A stretch of DNA of 64,000 nt from Patescibacteria group bacterium. GTDB taxonomy: Bacteria; Patescibacteriota; Minisyncoccia; Phycocordibacterales; DATDWN01. Position 1 is the first letter of the stretch. The number at the start of each line of letters is the position of its first letter. Both the position numbers and the translations under genes were made by a program. Positions 18,968 through 29,674 of this stretch are shown piece by piece. Location of the stretch: assembly GCA_013816135.1 (NCBI GenBank), contig JACDEV010000001.1:28994-92993 (forward strand), read 5' to 3'. A model generated the notes under the pieces. That model was not told the DNA's origin, did no database searches, and was given only the letters and a program-made list of their open reading frames with translations.

Positions 18968-21175
18968 ATGAAACTTTTAATTGTAGAATCTCCAGCAAAA
19001 GCAAAAACAATTTCAAAATATCTCGACGGAGAGTATGAAGTTGTTGCGTCCGTTGGACACATTCGCGATTTGCCGAAATCAAACAAGATAGCTATCGACA
19101 TTGAATCCGGATTTGTTCCTCATTATGAAATCTCAAAAGGAAAGGAGAAAATTGTGGCAGATATAAAAAGTTTAGCAAAGAAAGCTACAGAAGTTTTACT
19201 TGCAACTGACCCTGACCGTGAAGGAGAAGCTATTGCTTGGCATATTGCCGAGGCAACAGGCCTCAAGCATCCAAAGCGAGTAGTCTTCCACGAAATTACC
19301 AAAGAAGCTGTCACAGAAGCAGTTAAACATCCAAGAGATATCGATGATAACTTGAAGCAAGCTCAGGAAGCCAGAAGAGTTCTAGACAGACTAGTAGGTT
19401 ACGATTTATCAGGACTTATTTGGAAAAAGGTTCGTTATGGTCTATCAGCAGGAAGAGTTCAATCCCCTGCACTTCGAATAATCATGGAACGTGAAAGAGA
19501 AATACGAGCTTTCAAGAGCCATACCTTCTGGGTTATTTCTGCTGAAGTAGCAAAGGATAAAAAAATCAACTTCACAGTTGTCTGCGAAGAAGAACCTGTG
19601 GACGAAAAAGTTTTGAAACACATTGTTCTAGTTGCGGAAAAAGGAGGCCAAGATAAAAAGTGGAAAGTAAAAGATGTAAAAGAAACAGAAGTAAAAAAAT
19701 CTCCGAAAGCTCCATTCATCACTTCAACTCTCCAACAGTCTGCCTCAAGCCGTTTAGGTTACGCTCCATCTAGAACTATGGGTATTGCTCAGAAACTATA
19801 CGAATCTGGACACATTACTTATATGAGAACAGACTCAACAAATCTCAGTCAATTAGCTATTTCAGAAATATCTAAAGTTGTTGAAAAGAAATTTGGCAAA
19901 GATTTATTACAAATAAGAACTTATTCTGCAAAAAGTAAAAATGCACAAGAAGCCCACGAAGCAATTCGCCCTACTCATTTTGATATTGAGGAAGTCGGAC
20001 TAAATGACGAACAAAAAAAACTCTACCAACTTATATGGAGAAGAGCTGTAAGTTCACAGATGAAAGATGCTCAGACTTTGAGGACAAAGATAACTGCTAA
20101 TGTAGATGGAAATGATATTCCTGATTTTTCCATCACTGGTTCTCAAATAAAATTTCCAGGCTGGCTTATGGGAGACCCGGCTTCGAGAGGCGACGATGTT
20201 GAATTACCAAAGGTCAAAGTCGGCGAACAATTAGAACTAATTAAAGTTTCTTCAGAAGAAAAGCAGACCGAACCACCAACACGCTATTCTGAAGCTGGTC
20301 TCGTGAAGGAATTAGAAAAAAGAGGTATCGGACGTCCTTCAACTTATGCTTCTATAATCAAAACCATTGAAGACAGAGGTTATGTAGAAAAGATAAATAA
20401 AGCTCTAGTTCCAACAGACACAGGAGATGTAGTTTCGAGTTTCCTTGAAGCAAACTTTGCAGACTATATAAGTGACAGCTTCACTGCTGAGATGGAAGAC
20501 AAATTAGACCTCATTGCTGAAGGTAAGGAAGAATATGTAAAAACTCTAAAGACATTTTATAAACCTTTCCTTGCGGAAGTGAAAAGCAAAGACAAGATGG
20601 ATAAGGTTACAAATCTGGGAGATGCTGATCCAAAATTCAAATGTCCTACCTGCGGAAAAGATATGATAATCAAACTCTCCCGAAGTGGAAAATTTCTTTC
20701 ATGCTCTAATTATCCTGATTGTGAAGGTGCACTTACAATGGAAGGAGTTGAGATAAAGAAAGATGAACCAATTGGTATGGATCCTGAAACAGGCCTGCCA
20801 ATATTTCTTATGATCGGAAAGTACGGACCATATGTTCAACTTGGAGAAAGAGTGAAAGGTAAAGGTTCTAAAAAAGCCAAAAAGCCAAAAATGGCTAGTG
20901 TTCCAAAGACAAAAGATCTGACTTCTGTAACTCTTGAAGATGCTCTAACATATCTGACTTTGCCAAGAATACTCGGAGTTCATCCCGACACAGGCGAAAA
21001 CATATCTGCAAATATAGGAATGTTCGGACCTTATGTTGTTCATCAAAAAGATTTCCGATCACTTAAAGAAGATGATGTTTATAAAATTGAACTTCCTAGA
21101 GCTCTTGAAATATTTTCCCAAGAAAAAAAGTCCCGTAGTAGAGGTCGTTATAGTGCCAAAGGCACGAAAAAATAA
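18968..21175 (+). CDS. topA: DNA topoisomerase I
   Basis: LIVESPAKAKTI, ATDPDREGE, SAGRVQS, ITYMRTDS, AHEAIRPT, zinc ribbon, C-terminal repeats. Confidence 0.98.
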   Translation: MKLLIVESPAKAKTISKYLDGEYEVVASVGHIRDLPKSNKIAIDIESGFVPHYEISKGKEKIVADIKSLAKKATEVLLATDPDREGEAIAWHIAEATGLKHPKRVVFHEITKEAVTEAVKHPRDIDDNLKQAQEARRVLDRLVGYDLSGLIWKKVRYGLSAGRVQSPALRIIMEREREIRAFKSHTFWVISAEVAKDKKINFTVVCEEEPVDEKVLKHIVLVAEKGGQDKKWKVKDVKETEVKKSPKAPFITSTLQQSASSRLGYAPSRTMGIAQKLYESGHITYMRTDSTNLSQLAISEISKVVEKKFGKDLLQIRTYSAKSKNAQEAHEAIRPTHFDIEEVGLNDEQKKLYQLIWRRAVSSQMKDAQTLRTKITANVDGNDIPDFSITGSQIKFPGWLMGDPASRGDDVELPKVKVGEQLELIKVSSEEKQTEPPTRYSEAGLVKELEKRGIGRPSTYASIIKTIEDRGYVEKINKALVPTDTGDVVSSFLEANFADYISDSFTAEMEDKLDLIAEGKEEYVKTLKTFYKPFLAEVKSKDKMDKVTNLGDADPKFKCPTCGKDMIIKLSRSGKFLSCSNYPDCEGALTMEGVEIKKDEPIGMDPETGLPIFLMIGKYGPYVQLGERVKGKGSKKAKKPKMASVPKTKDLTSVTLEDALTYLTLPRILGVHPDTGENISANIGMFGPYVVHQKDFRSLKEDDVYKIELPRALEIFSQEKKSRSRGRYSAKGTKK

Positions 21176-21387
21176 TACCGACCTCACTACGGATTAATCC
21201 GGTAGTGTAGTTGGTATTAGCATTTGCGCAAGGTATTCCTTGTCATACCAACTTCTACTAGCGGAAAGCGTGGTTTTGCAAAGAAAAAGAAAGTTTAGTT
21301 GAATTTAGATAATAGAAAAGATCTCGACGTGTCGAGAGTTCGTGATACGCACGAGACCCTTTCCATATCGAGACCAAATGCCTCATT

Positions 21388-21660
21388 TTATTTGATGTAA
21401 CCCAGAAGTTGTCTGTGTCCACACTTCATGCACTGGCGGATTTCAAGACCCTCCTTCTTGATGACATGAGCGAAGAGTGAGGAGCAGTTACCGCAAAGCT
21501 GAAATCGTCCAGAGGCTCTGCCTGCTGCGAAGACCACGAAGGTAATGATGAGAATTACGATCAACACGACGCCGACAACGAACTGTCCGTCCTGAGTCTG
21601 CAACATGTTGAGAAAACGGTAGACAGGGACCATGTGATCCTCCGCGCTATTAAAGCGCAT
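21388..21660 (-). CDS. Orphan protein with one TM and a CxxC-CxxC zinc ribbon
   Basis: TM VVGVVLIVILIITFVVF, then CGNC...CMKC; promoter TTGACT-N17-TATAAT. Confidence 0.7.
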   Translation of the reverse strand: MRFNSAEDHMVPVYRFLNMLQTQDGQFVVGVVLIVILIITFVVFAAGRASGRFQLCGNCSSLFAHVIKKEGLEIRQCMKCGHRQLLGYIK

Positions 21661-21747
21661 TACTTACATCTTTTATAATTATACCAATCTATATAACTAA
21701 AGTCAATACCATATAAAAAGCTCTAGAATTGGGTTATAATCGAAAAT

Positions 21748-23301
21748 ATGAATGATATTAAAGAGATAACTTCCCTACTGCATGACCCCAGCCCAAGTGA
21801 TATGGCGCTTATTTCAAAGGCTTATGATTTTGCAAAAAAAGCTCACGAGGGTCAGGACAGAAAAGCTGGAGATCCGTACTTCAATCACCTTTTTGCGACT
21901 GCAAAGAATATTGCAGAGCTTGGAATGGGTCCGACTACTATTTCGGCAGGTTTTCTTCATGACACAATAGAAGACACCAAAGCAACAGCTGAACAGATTG
22001 AAAATGAGTTTGGTAAAGAAATTCTATTTCTTGTGGAAGGTGTAACAAAACTAGGTAAAATCCGCTACCAAGGAAGTGCTAGGCACAATGAAAGTTTGAG
22101 AAAATTATTTGTAGCAATGTCCCAAGATATCCGAGTGTTGATAATAAAGCTATGTGACAGACTTCACAACATGCAGACTCTTGAGCATGTCGCAAAGGAA
22201 AAGCAAGTTCGTATCGCTACAGAAACACTGGAAATTTATGCACCGATTGCATATCGACTTGGAATTAGAAAATTAAATCGTGAACTTGAAGATCTAGCTT
22301 TCAAATATGTTTATCCAGAAGAATATAAGCAAGTAATTGATCTTCTGAATCAGCACAAAGGAACTGAATTGGAATATTTGGAAAAGTTCAATAAAAGTTT
22401 GAAAAAAGAGTTGGCAAAAGGAGAAGTTACTGACTTCCATACAGATTTCCGTATCAAAGGACTTTACAGTCTTCATAAAAAGCTAAAACGTAAAGAACTT
22501 GATATTGAAAATGTCCATGATATATCAGCTTTAAGAGTAGTCGTCCCAAACATAGCAGACTGCTATAAAGTATTAGGAATCATTCATAGCAACTGGAGAC
22601 CTCTTCCTGGGCGCATAAAGGACTATATCGCCTTTCCAAAACCTAATGGATACAGATCTCTTCACACAACCATCTTTACCGGTGATGGAGGAATAATTGA
22701 AGTTCAAATTAAAACAGATGAAATGTATCGTGAAGCAGAATATGGAATCACTTCACATATTTCCTATAAACAAGTCCAGAATGATAATTCCAAAAAAACC
22801 AAACTTACTACTAATCCGAATTTGCAATGGGTAAAACAAATTTTACCAACAATGGAAAAATGGAATAACGACGACCCAATAAATTTAGGTAAAAAAATAC
22901 CCAAAAGATCACTAAATCTTGAAGATGTTCCAAGCTGGGTAAAGGACCTTGTCGAGTATCAAAAAGAAGCCGGTGATGAGTTTTTGGATGACATCAAGAC
23001 TGATTTCTTTGAAGAGAGGATTTTTGTATTTACACCTAAAGGAGATGTGATAGATCTACCAAAAGGCTCATCTATAATTGATTTCGCGTTTGCAATTCAT
23101 ACAGATATTGGTGGCCACATGGCCGGTGCAAAAGTAAATGGCAAATTTGTAACTATAAACACTATCCTAAAAAATGGTGATCGAGTAGAAATTGAAACTA
23201 AAAAAAATGCTAAACCTAGTGTTAAATGGCTGGAGCACTGCAAAACAACAATGGCGAAACGAAGAATAATTAGAGCTGTTGAGACTTTGAAAACAAAGTA
23301 G
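21748..23301 (+). CDS. relA: RelA/SpoT (p)ppGpp synthetase/hydrolase (HD + synthetase + TGS)
   Basis: LHDTIEDT, IKLCDRLHNM, KPNGYRSLHT, EVQI, FVFTPKG TGS domain; no ACT domain. Confidence 0.95.
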   Translation: MNDIKEITSLLHDPSPSDMALISKAYDFAKKAHEGQDRKAGDPYFNHLFATAKNIAELGMGPTTISAGFLHDTIEDTKATAEQIENEFGKEILFLVEGVTKLGKIRYQGSARHNESLRKLFVAMSQDIRVLIIKLCDRLHNMQTLEHVAKEKQVRIATETLEIYAPIAYRLGIRKLNRELEDLAFKYVYPEEYKQVIDLLNQHKGTELEYLEKFNKSLKKELAKGEVTDFHTDFRIKGLYSLHKKLKRKELDIENVHDISALRVVVPNIADCYKVLGIIHSNWRPLPGRIKDYIAFPKPNGYRSLHTTIFTGDGGIIEVQIKTDEMYREAEYGITSHISYKQVQNDNSKKTKLTTNPNLQWVKQILPTMEKWNNDDPINLGKKIPKRSLNLEDVPSWVKDLVEYQKEAGDEFLDDIKTDFFEERIFVFTPKGDVIDLPKGSSIIDFAFAIHTDIGGHMAGAKVNGKFVTINTILKNGDRVEIETKKNAKPSVKWLEHCKTTMAKRRIIRAVETLKTK

Positions 23302-24348
23302 TTATATAGAAAAATTCTTTATTGAGTATATTTCTTCTTCAGAATTATCATCAGATTTAACTTGTTCAGGAGTCCGATCATCTAGATTGTTTAAATCTTC
23401 AACTGTCATCTCAGCAATCTTTGGATCTCGGACATAGTTGGGAATGTGTTCATTTATTGGAGCTATTGGGTTCGCCTCAATATGCCGATCTAACATCTGT
23501 GTAGGAGAAGCTGCTATTTTGTTTGATTTCAATAAATCTAGAATTACATGCAGATCATCTACTGAAAAATAATCGATCATGATCTTTCCCCCATTCTCTC
23601 TTTTCTCAATAGAAACTCGAGTACCGAGAGTTTCAGTAAGCTTCTCTTCCATTTCCTGTGTTTCAGGATCTAGTGTAGCTCCTTTCTTTCGTATCTTGTC
23701 ATAAGCTATTCGACGGCCAATAGCTTCTGCCTCACGTACGGTCAACTTCTTAAACATTATTTCCTTAAACAAGGTTAGCTGTTCCTCGGGTCTGTCACCG
23801 AGCATCATCAAAGGTCTAGCATGACCTTCCGATATTTTCCCTAATGATAAGGCATCCAAGATTTCCGGTGGTAGTGCGAGAAGTCTAAGTGAGTTAGAAA
23901 CATACTCGCGACTTTTTCCGACTTTCTTGGCAATCTCAATATGCTTAAAACCAAATTCTTCAGAAAGTCTCATGAAAGCGCGAGCTCTGTCGACAGGATT
24001 CAAATCCTCTCGCTGGATGTTTTCAATAATTGCTAGTTCTAACTTCATCAAGTCATTTGTCTCATCACCCACTTTGATCAGGACTGGTACCTGGCTTAAG
24101 CCTGCTAGTTTGGAAGCTCGTAGACGTCGCTCACCCGCAATTAATTCGTATTCCACAGACAAGCCACCATCTTCCTTTGGAACTTCCTTACGAGTAACCA
24201 CAAGAGCTTGGAGAACTCCATACTGTCTTATCGAATCAGAAAGACTCTTTAGCTGAGTTTCATCAAAATCACGACGAGGCTGAAAGGGATTTGGAACTAT
24301 CTTGTCGACGTCGATCCAAAAAATAGAATCATTGTAGAATTGGGACAT
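23302..24348 (-). CDS. parB: ParB/Spo0J partition protein
   Basis: PNPFQPR, LIAGERRLRA, IENIQREDL, HTH; start set at MSQFY. Confidence 0.95.
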   Translation of the reverse strand: MSQFYNDSIFWIDVDKIVPNPFQPRRDFDETQLKSLSDSIRQYGVLQALVVTRKEVPKEDGGLSVEYELIAGERRLRASKLAGLSQVPVLIKVGDETNDLMKLELAIIENIQREDLNPVDRARAFMRLSEEFGFKHIEIAKKVGKSREYVSNSLRLLALPPEILDALSLGKISEGHARPLMMLGDRPEEQLTLFKEIMFKKLTVREAEAIGRRIAYDKIRKKGATLDPETQEMEEKLTETLGTRVSIEKRENGGKIMIDYFSVDDLHVILDLLKSNKIAASPTQMLDRHIEANPIAPINEHIPNYVRDPKIAEMTVEDLNNLDDRTPEQVKSDDNSEEEIYSIKNFSI

Positions 24349-24429
24349 AATTTTTATGTAAAACAATTTTATCATGGAAAGTTCAACAGCTCAAATATAG
24401 TGGCTTTTAACCATGTTATAATGCCCAAG

Positions 24430-25758
24430 ATGAAAAAAGCCGAAACTACTGAAAAAGATAAAGACGATTTCAAAGTGGAAGGTGGTAGAAAACTTTCTGG
24501 AACGATCGAAACAAACACATCTAAAAATGGAGCTTTGGGACTCTTTTGTGCTTCCCTCTTAAATCGTAGTCAGACTATCCTTCACGGTATTCCAAGAATT
24601 GAAGAGATTTCCAGGATCATTGAAATCTTCGAAAGTATTGGCGTGAGTGTTGAATGGATAGAGAAAAATTCAGTACGTATTTCTCCACCTATAAAGTTTA
24701 GTTTAAATAAAATAGATAGCAGTGCATCTACGCGCATCAGATCAATACTTATGATGATAGGAGCTCTCATTCACTTTGAAAAAGAGTTTAAAATTCCACA
24801 TGCTGGTGGGTGCAAGATGGGACAGCGGACAATTGCGGCTCACAGATATGGTCTGGAAGCTTTGGGAGTAAGCATCAATACTGAAGAATCTTTCTACGAA
24901 ATAAAAAGTAGAGTTCTCAAAGCTAATAACATTGTGTTATACGAGGCCAGTGACACAGCTACGGAAAATCTTCTTATCGCCGCAGCCTTAATACCAGGAG
25001 TGACCACTTTTCGATTTACTCCTCCTAACTATCAAGTTCAGGAAGTCTGTTTCTTTTTAGAAAAATGCGGAGTAAAAATAGAAGGTATAGGCACAAGCAC
25101 ATTGATTGTCCACGGTGTAAAAGAAATAAATACTCCAATTGAGTATTACAACAGTGAAGATCCCGTGGAATCAATGATGTTTATCTCAGCAGCAATTATT
25201 ACTAAATCTGATTTGAAAATTACTCGCTGCCCTATTGATTTCTTATCACTGGAATTACTAAAACTAGAAATAATGGGTTTGAAATATAAAAAATCTGAAA
25301 TATATAAAGCAAAAAACGGAAGAACCGATCTGTGCGACCTTACTATTTATGACTCCAAACTAACAGCATTAGTAGACAAAATACATGCAGCAGCTTATCC
25401 AGGAATAAATTCTGATAATCTTCCTTTTTTTGTTCCAATTGCTACAACAGCAGAAGGTTCAACACTGATCCATGATTGGATGTGGGAAAATAGAGCAATT
25501 TATTTCACAGAACTAAACAAGCTTGGTGCAAACATTATTTTAGCTGATCAACATCGCGTTTTCGTAAATGGACCAACAGAGCTTAGAGCCAACGAAATCA
25601 TCTGTCCTCCTGCTTTACGTCCAGCAATGATAGTTCTAGTTGCTATGCTAGGGAGCAAAGGTACATCTATACTTCGAAATGTATACTCAATAAAACGTGG
25701 CTACGAAAACATAGCAGAAAGACTGAATGCTATTGGGGCGGATATTACGATATTGTAA
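24430..25758 (+). CDS. murA: UDP-N-acetylglucosamine 1-carboxyvinyltransferase
   Basis: SKN, GGCKMGQR catalytic loop, ATEN, YPG, ENR, RGYE; start chosen 7 nt after TATAAT (24421 also possible). Confidence 0.92.
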   Translation: MKKAETTEKDKDDFKVEGGRKLSGTIETNTSKNGALGLFCASLLNRSQTILHGIPRIEEISRIIEIFESIGVSVEWIEKNSVRISPPIKFSLNKIDSSASTRIRSILMMIGALIHFEKEFKIPHAGGCKMGQRTIAAHRYGLEALGVSINTEESFYEIKSRVLKANNIVLYEASDTATENLLIAAALIPGVTTFRFTPPNYQVQEVCFFLEKCGVKIEGIGTSTLIVHGVKEINTPIEYYNSEDPVESMMFISAAIITKSDLKITRCPIDFLSLELLKLEIMGLKYKKSEIYKAKNGRTDLCDLTIYDSKLTALVDKIHAAAYPGINSDNLPFFVPIATTAEGSTLIHDWMWENRAIYFTELNKLGANIILADQHRVFVNGPTELRANEIICPPALRPAMIVLVAMLGSKGTSILRNVYSIKRGYENIAERLNAIGADITIL

Positions 25759-25790
25759 AACACCTACAACATTTCTGTTGTAGGTGTTTT
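25757..25790 (+). terminator. Intrinsic, bidirectional-type terminator
   Basis: aaaacacctacaaca/tgttgtaggtgtttt. Confidence 0.8.
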
Positions 25791-26009
25791 ATGAGTGACC
25801 AATTTAATTTATTTTCTTGGTATAGAACTCAAGAAAACCAATATCGAGTCAATTTCTAAGGCCTCTTTTAGTTATGCTTTCGCTTAATACGTTTGATTGC
25901 CTGAAGTTTACTTGTTTCTTTTGAATTAGAACGAGATACTGATTTTCTTGAACTCTTAAGGATTGGAGAAAATACCTTGTCTATATACTATCATAAGTGA
26001 AGAAATATG

Positions 26010-26555
26010 TCAAGCTTTTAATTTGATCTCATTAATTTTATTCCATATTCCTATGTCTCCTATTTTTTTATAAAGATCCACAGAATAAACAATAAATGTA
26101 AACGTTTCAGCAACATTAGTGAGTTCATCCTTAATTTCAGTAAATAGTTTATCAGCTATACCAGCAGAAATAGTCATGTGAGGATTGAAATCTGATATAT
26201 TGTCATCATATTTAAGTAAAACACGACCTTTAAGAACAACAGAAGATGCTGAATTAATTTCTTTCAAGTAAATAATGGACTTAGAATTTGGTTTGAAATA
26301 AACTACATTACTATCATTTCTGTTTTCAAAATAACCAATCGAGTCTAGCGTAACTTCTTCCGATTTTAAACTAAATAATTCCTCAGATAGTTTTTTTATT
26401 ATGATGTCTAAATCCTCAGTATGAAATGGAGGGTAGATAGTTATATGTGGCTCGATTGAAGAAATAAGCTTTTTATATATTTTTCTATATTCATCTACTT
26501 TTCTAGACACTTCATTGGGTGGTGTGATAGCTAAGAGGTACGAAATTTTATCCAT
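26010..26555 (-). CDS. 2H phosphoesterase (2'-5' RNA ligase family)
   Basis: Two HxT motifs, PHITI and PHMTI. Confidence 0.85.
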   Translation of the reverse strand: MDKISYLLAITPPNEVSRKVDEYRKIYKKLISSIEPHITIYPPFHTEDLDIIIKKLSEELFSLKSEEVTLDSIGYFENRNDSNVVYFKPNSKSIIYLKEINSASSVVLKGRVLLKYDDNISDFNPHMTISAGIADKLFTEIKDELTNVAETFTFIVYSVDLYKKIGDIGIWNKINEIKLKA

Positions 26556-26574
26556 AAATAAATCATATCATGAA

Positions 26575-26752
26575 GCCGGAGGTGAGAATCTTTCCCTCGA
26601 CTCAAACTCTCGCCGTCGCTCATGTTTGGTCTGGGCACCAACTCGCGTTTTCGTTTTGCTAAACGAAAAATCGCTCCGTTGTTCAAGTCTCTCGCGCGAA
26701 ACATGTTTCGCTCTCTAGCACAAACCAAAAACCGCTTTCGCGGTTTGTTTTG
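26575..26752 (-). repeat. tRNA-Leu(CAA) 3' trailer element
   Basis: gtgctagag-a-[gcgaaac at gtttcgc]-gc-gagagacttgaac is antisense to the tRNA 3' end; ends with a sense-like copy tctcacctccggc. Confidence 0.8.
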
Positions 26753-26834
26753 TGCCGGAGGAGAGACTTGAACTCTCAACCCTTGCGAGACGCGATTTTG
26801 AGTCGCGCGCGTATACCAATTCCGCCACTCCGGC
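26753..26834 (-). tRNA. tRNA-Leu(CAA)
   Basis: gccggag/ctccggc acceptor, cgcga-ctCAAaa-tcgcg, long variable arm. Confidence 0.95.
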
Positions 26835-26906
26835 ATAAACAAAAGAATACCTTATATAAACAAAAAATCAAACATAAATTTTATAATCTTATCCGTATAA
26901 TAGAGA

Positions 26907-26935
26907 AAGGTCGGCACGGATGCCGACCTTTTTTT
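26907..26935 (-). terminator. Terminator hairpin
   Basis: aaaggtcggca/tgccgaccttt. Confidence 0.7.
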
Positions 26936-26937
26936 AT

Positions 26938-27459
26938 TTACTTTGAATTCTTCTTTCTTGCACGTTTTCTTTTTTTCCACGCCTTATTGCGTACTGTGGC
27001 GGGGAGAAGTTTCGTTTCTCTAAACAACAACTTCCTGACAGTAAGAGCCTCGTGGATATGGGTATTGCTAACTTTAATACCCATAAGCATTACTGGATCT
27101 CCCACTCGACTTAGACGGCTTTGATAAAGAACGTACTTTTCATCCTCCTCGATGATTTCGATTTCATACCCCAATGCAACAATCAAGGGAAAATGCGCTA
27201 CACACAATCGCTTCGCCAAGTCCACATATCTGCTTGGAGACATCGTACGAACGAAACTCTCCGCAGCAATCCACACGGTGGCGCTTTGAGACTTCTGACC
27301 TCGACTGTAAGCTTTCCAAATACCGTTAAGTACTTGAATGAGAATCTTACGTCTAATCAGTTCTTCGGGTTGAAGCCGTAGTACTTCCCACTTTTTTATC
27401 TTTTTGAGAATCCCTTGTCTATCTTTCTTGGTCTTGATATCGAGCACAACACGTGACAT
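26938..27459 (-). CDS. Orphan basic hypothetical protein
   Basis: 173 aa, SD GAGGAGG, own terminator. Confidence 0.7.
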   Translation of the reverse strand: MSRVVLDIKTKKDRQGILKKIKKWEVLRLQPEELIRRKILIQVLNGIWKAYSRGQKSQSATVWIAAESFVRTMSPSRYVDLAKRLCVAHFPLIVALGYEIEIIEEDEKYVLYQSRLSRVGDPVMLMGIKVSNTHIHEALTVRKLLFRETKLLPATVRNKAWKKRKRARKKNSK

Positions 27460-27519
27460 CTTTGCCTCCTCATAGCAATTGCTCTATAACTGAATCCGTC
27501 GTATAGTCTGACAGACTTT

Positions 27520-28428
27520 ATGAAAAATACAAGACTCCAAATTAAACCTAAGATATTGGTGATTTTAGGTCCAACTGCTTCTGGGAAAAGCGCACTCGCT
27601 GTAAATATTGCTAAAAAATATAATGGCGAGATTATTTCTGCTGATTCTAGACAAGTGTATATTGGTCTGGATATTGGAACAGGTAAAATAACAAAGAAAG
27701 AAATGATGGCTATTCCCCACTACATGCTCGACGTTGTCTCTCCAAAAAAAGTTTTTTCAGTTTCTGATTGGAAAAAACAAACAGAAAGAATCATTAAAGA
27801 TATCCTTGCTAGAGGGAAACTACCTATTATATGTGGTGGAACTGGTTTTTATATTCAGTCTATTGTAGAGGGTATTATTCTTCCAGAAGTTTCAGCAAAC
27901 AAGAAACTAAGAAAAACACTAGAGAGAGAAAGTTTATCTGAACTTTTAAATACACTGATCAGACTGGATCCAAAAAAAGCAAAAGAAATAGATACAAAAA
28001 ATCCTGTAAGACTTATTCGTGCAATCGAGATTGCTACAGCTCTTGGCTCGGTTCCAAAGATTAAAAAAAATGAAGCCTATGATGTATTACAAATTGGTTT
28101 GAAGATTGAAGACAATGATCTCAAAAGAAGAATAAATAAAAGAATAACTTCTAGACTAAAATCCGGAATGATACAAGAAGTAAAATCTCTTCATAAACAA
28201 GGACTTTCTTGGAAGAGAATGAATGAACTAGGTCTTGAATACAAACTGCTCGCTACATACATTCAGGAAAAAACTACAAAAAAAGAATTGATAAAAAACT
28301 TAAACAATGAAATTTGGCACTATGCCAAAAGACAAATGACCTGGTTCAAGAGAGATAAGAATATAAAGTGGTACTCACCAATAAGCAAAAAAATAAATTC
28401 GGAAATTAAGGATTTTTTAAGTGTCTAA
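27520..28428 (+). CDS. miaA: tRNA dimethylallyltransferase
   Basis: GPTASGKS, SADSRQVY, GTGK, GGTGFY, YAKRQMTWF. Confidence 0.97.
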   Translation: MKNTRLQIKPKILVILGPTASGKSALAVNIAKKYNGEIISADSRQVYIGLDIGTGKITKKEMMAIPHYMLDVVSPKKVFSVSDWKKQTERIIKDILARGKLPIICGGTGFYIQSIVEGIILPEVSANKKLRKTLERESLSELLNTLIRLDPKKAKEIDTKNPVRLIRAIEIATALGSVPKIKKNEAYDVLQIGLKIEDNDLKRRINKRITSRLKSGMIQEVKSLHKQGLSWKRMNELGLEYKLLATYIQEKTTKKELIKNLNNEIWHYAKRQMTWFKRDKNIKWYSPISKKINSEIKDFLSV

Positions 28429-28475
28429 AAATTACAATTCAAATTAAATAAATATTGTGTTATTATGTTGCCCAC

Positions 28476-28546
28476 GGGGGATTAGTTAAGTGGTATAACA
28501 GCGCTCTCCAAAAGCACTGTCGGGAGTTCGATTCTTCCATCCCCCG
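28476..28546 (+). tRNA. tRNA-Trp(CCA)
   Basis: gggggat/atccccc acceptor, loop ctCCAaa, GTTCGATT. Confidence 0.92.
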
Positions 28547-28735
28547 CAAAAATTACGGAGTAATTTTTTTCTGGGGGATGAGCAGAGCATGGGTATGCTC
28601 TGCGTGAAGAATCGAAGCCCGATTGAGATATTTTGTGAGCAATGCGATACAAAATATCCAATTGGGATACTGCTCCTGTAAGGAGAGATTCTTCTATGGA
28701 GACGGCGAGTTTTGAGTCGCGGAAGATTCTTCCAT
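28547..28735 (+). repeat. tRNA-Trp 3' trailer element
   Basis: gggggatg-a-[gcagagcat gggt atgctctgc]-gt-gaagaatcgaa is antisense to the tRNA 3' end; sense copies gattcttc (28687) and gattcttccat (28725). Confidence 0.8.
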
Positions 28736-28756
28736 TTTTTGTTATAATTATGTTAT

Positions 28757-29389
28757 ATGAAAATTACTAAACTTGGACACTGTTGTTTATTAGTAGAAAC
28801 TAAAGGAAAAAGAATCCTTACTGATCCAGGTAGTTATACTGTTGAAGCTCATTCTAAATTAGAAAATATTGATTTCATTCTTTTTACGCACGAGCATCAA
28901 GATCATTATCACGTTGATTCTCTAAAATTGATCATTCAAAATAATCCCCATGCAGTTGTTTTTTCTAACAGTTCAGTTAGTGAACTTCTAACTCAAGAAG
29001 GGATTCCACACACTAAAATAAGTCATGATGAAAGTTTTGATCTAGGAGGTATTCCAGTACTAGGTTTGGGAGAAAAGCACGCACAAATGCATAGTTCTAT
29101 TCCAGTTTCTTCAAACCTAGGTTTTTATATAGATAAGAAACTTTGGTATCCGGGGGATGCATTTACAGATCCAGAGAGATCTGTAGAAGTATTAGCTCTT
29201 CCTGTATCTGGACCATGGATGAAAATTGGAGAAGCAATTGATTATGCACTTTTGATTCAACCAAAGAAAGCATTCCCTGTTCATGATGGTACACGATTTG
29301 GTTCTGCGCATGTTCTTCCCGGCAAAGTTCTTCCTCAACATGGAATAGAATTCGTTGTCATGGTTGAAGGTGATACTAAAGAATTTTAA
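28757..29389 (+). CDS. MBL-fold metallo-hydrolase (UPF0173-like)
   Basis: LGHCC, TDPG, THEHQDH, PGD, PVHD. Confidence 0.9.
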   Translation: MKITKLGHCCLLVETKGKRILTDPGSYTVEAHSKLENIDFILFTHEHQDHYHVDSLKLIIQNNPHAVVFSNSSVSELLTQEGIPHTKISHDESFDLGGIPVLGLGEKHAQMHSSIPVSSNLGFYIDKKLWYPGDAFTDPERSVEVLALPVSGPWMKIGEAIDYALLIQPKKAFPVHDGTRFGSAHVLPGKVLPQHGIEFVVMVEGDTKEF

Positions 29390-29425
29390 TAACAAAAAAG
29401 CGCTCTAGAGCGCTTTTTTGTTATT
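29388..29425. terminator. Bidirectional terminator (perfect palindrome)
   Basis: aataacaaaaaagcgctctagagcgcttttttgttatt between convergent genes. Confidence 0.8.
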
Positions 29426-29576
29426 TCTTAGACTCTTTGAAACTAACTCGTTTTCTGAGTTTCTTGCTGTATTTCATAAGGTCGATTTTTCGCTCAACTT
29501 TCTTCTTATTCTTTGAAGTCCAGCGTACCTCCCCTGTTTCCTTATTTCTTAGTATGATCAATCGGTCTTGTGACAT
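29421..29576 (-). CDS. rpmG: 50S ribosomal protein bL33 (Cys-free type)
   Basis: Manual translation MSQDRLIILRNKETGEVRWTSKNKKKVERKIDLMKYSKKLRKRVSFKESKK; below the ORF-track length cutoff. Confidence 0.9.
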   Translation of the reverse strand: MSQDRLIILRNKETGEVRWTSKNKKKVERKIDLMKYSKKLRKRVSFKESKK

Positions 29577-29674
29577 ATGCGTTATTTAAGTAGATAGAGC
29601 ATACCTAAATACGGGTAAAATTGCAAATCGAATGAAAAACGAAAGGCACCCGATGTTCTGGGTGCCTTATAATT

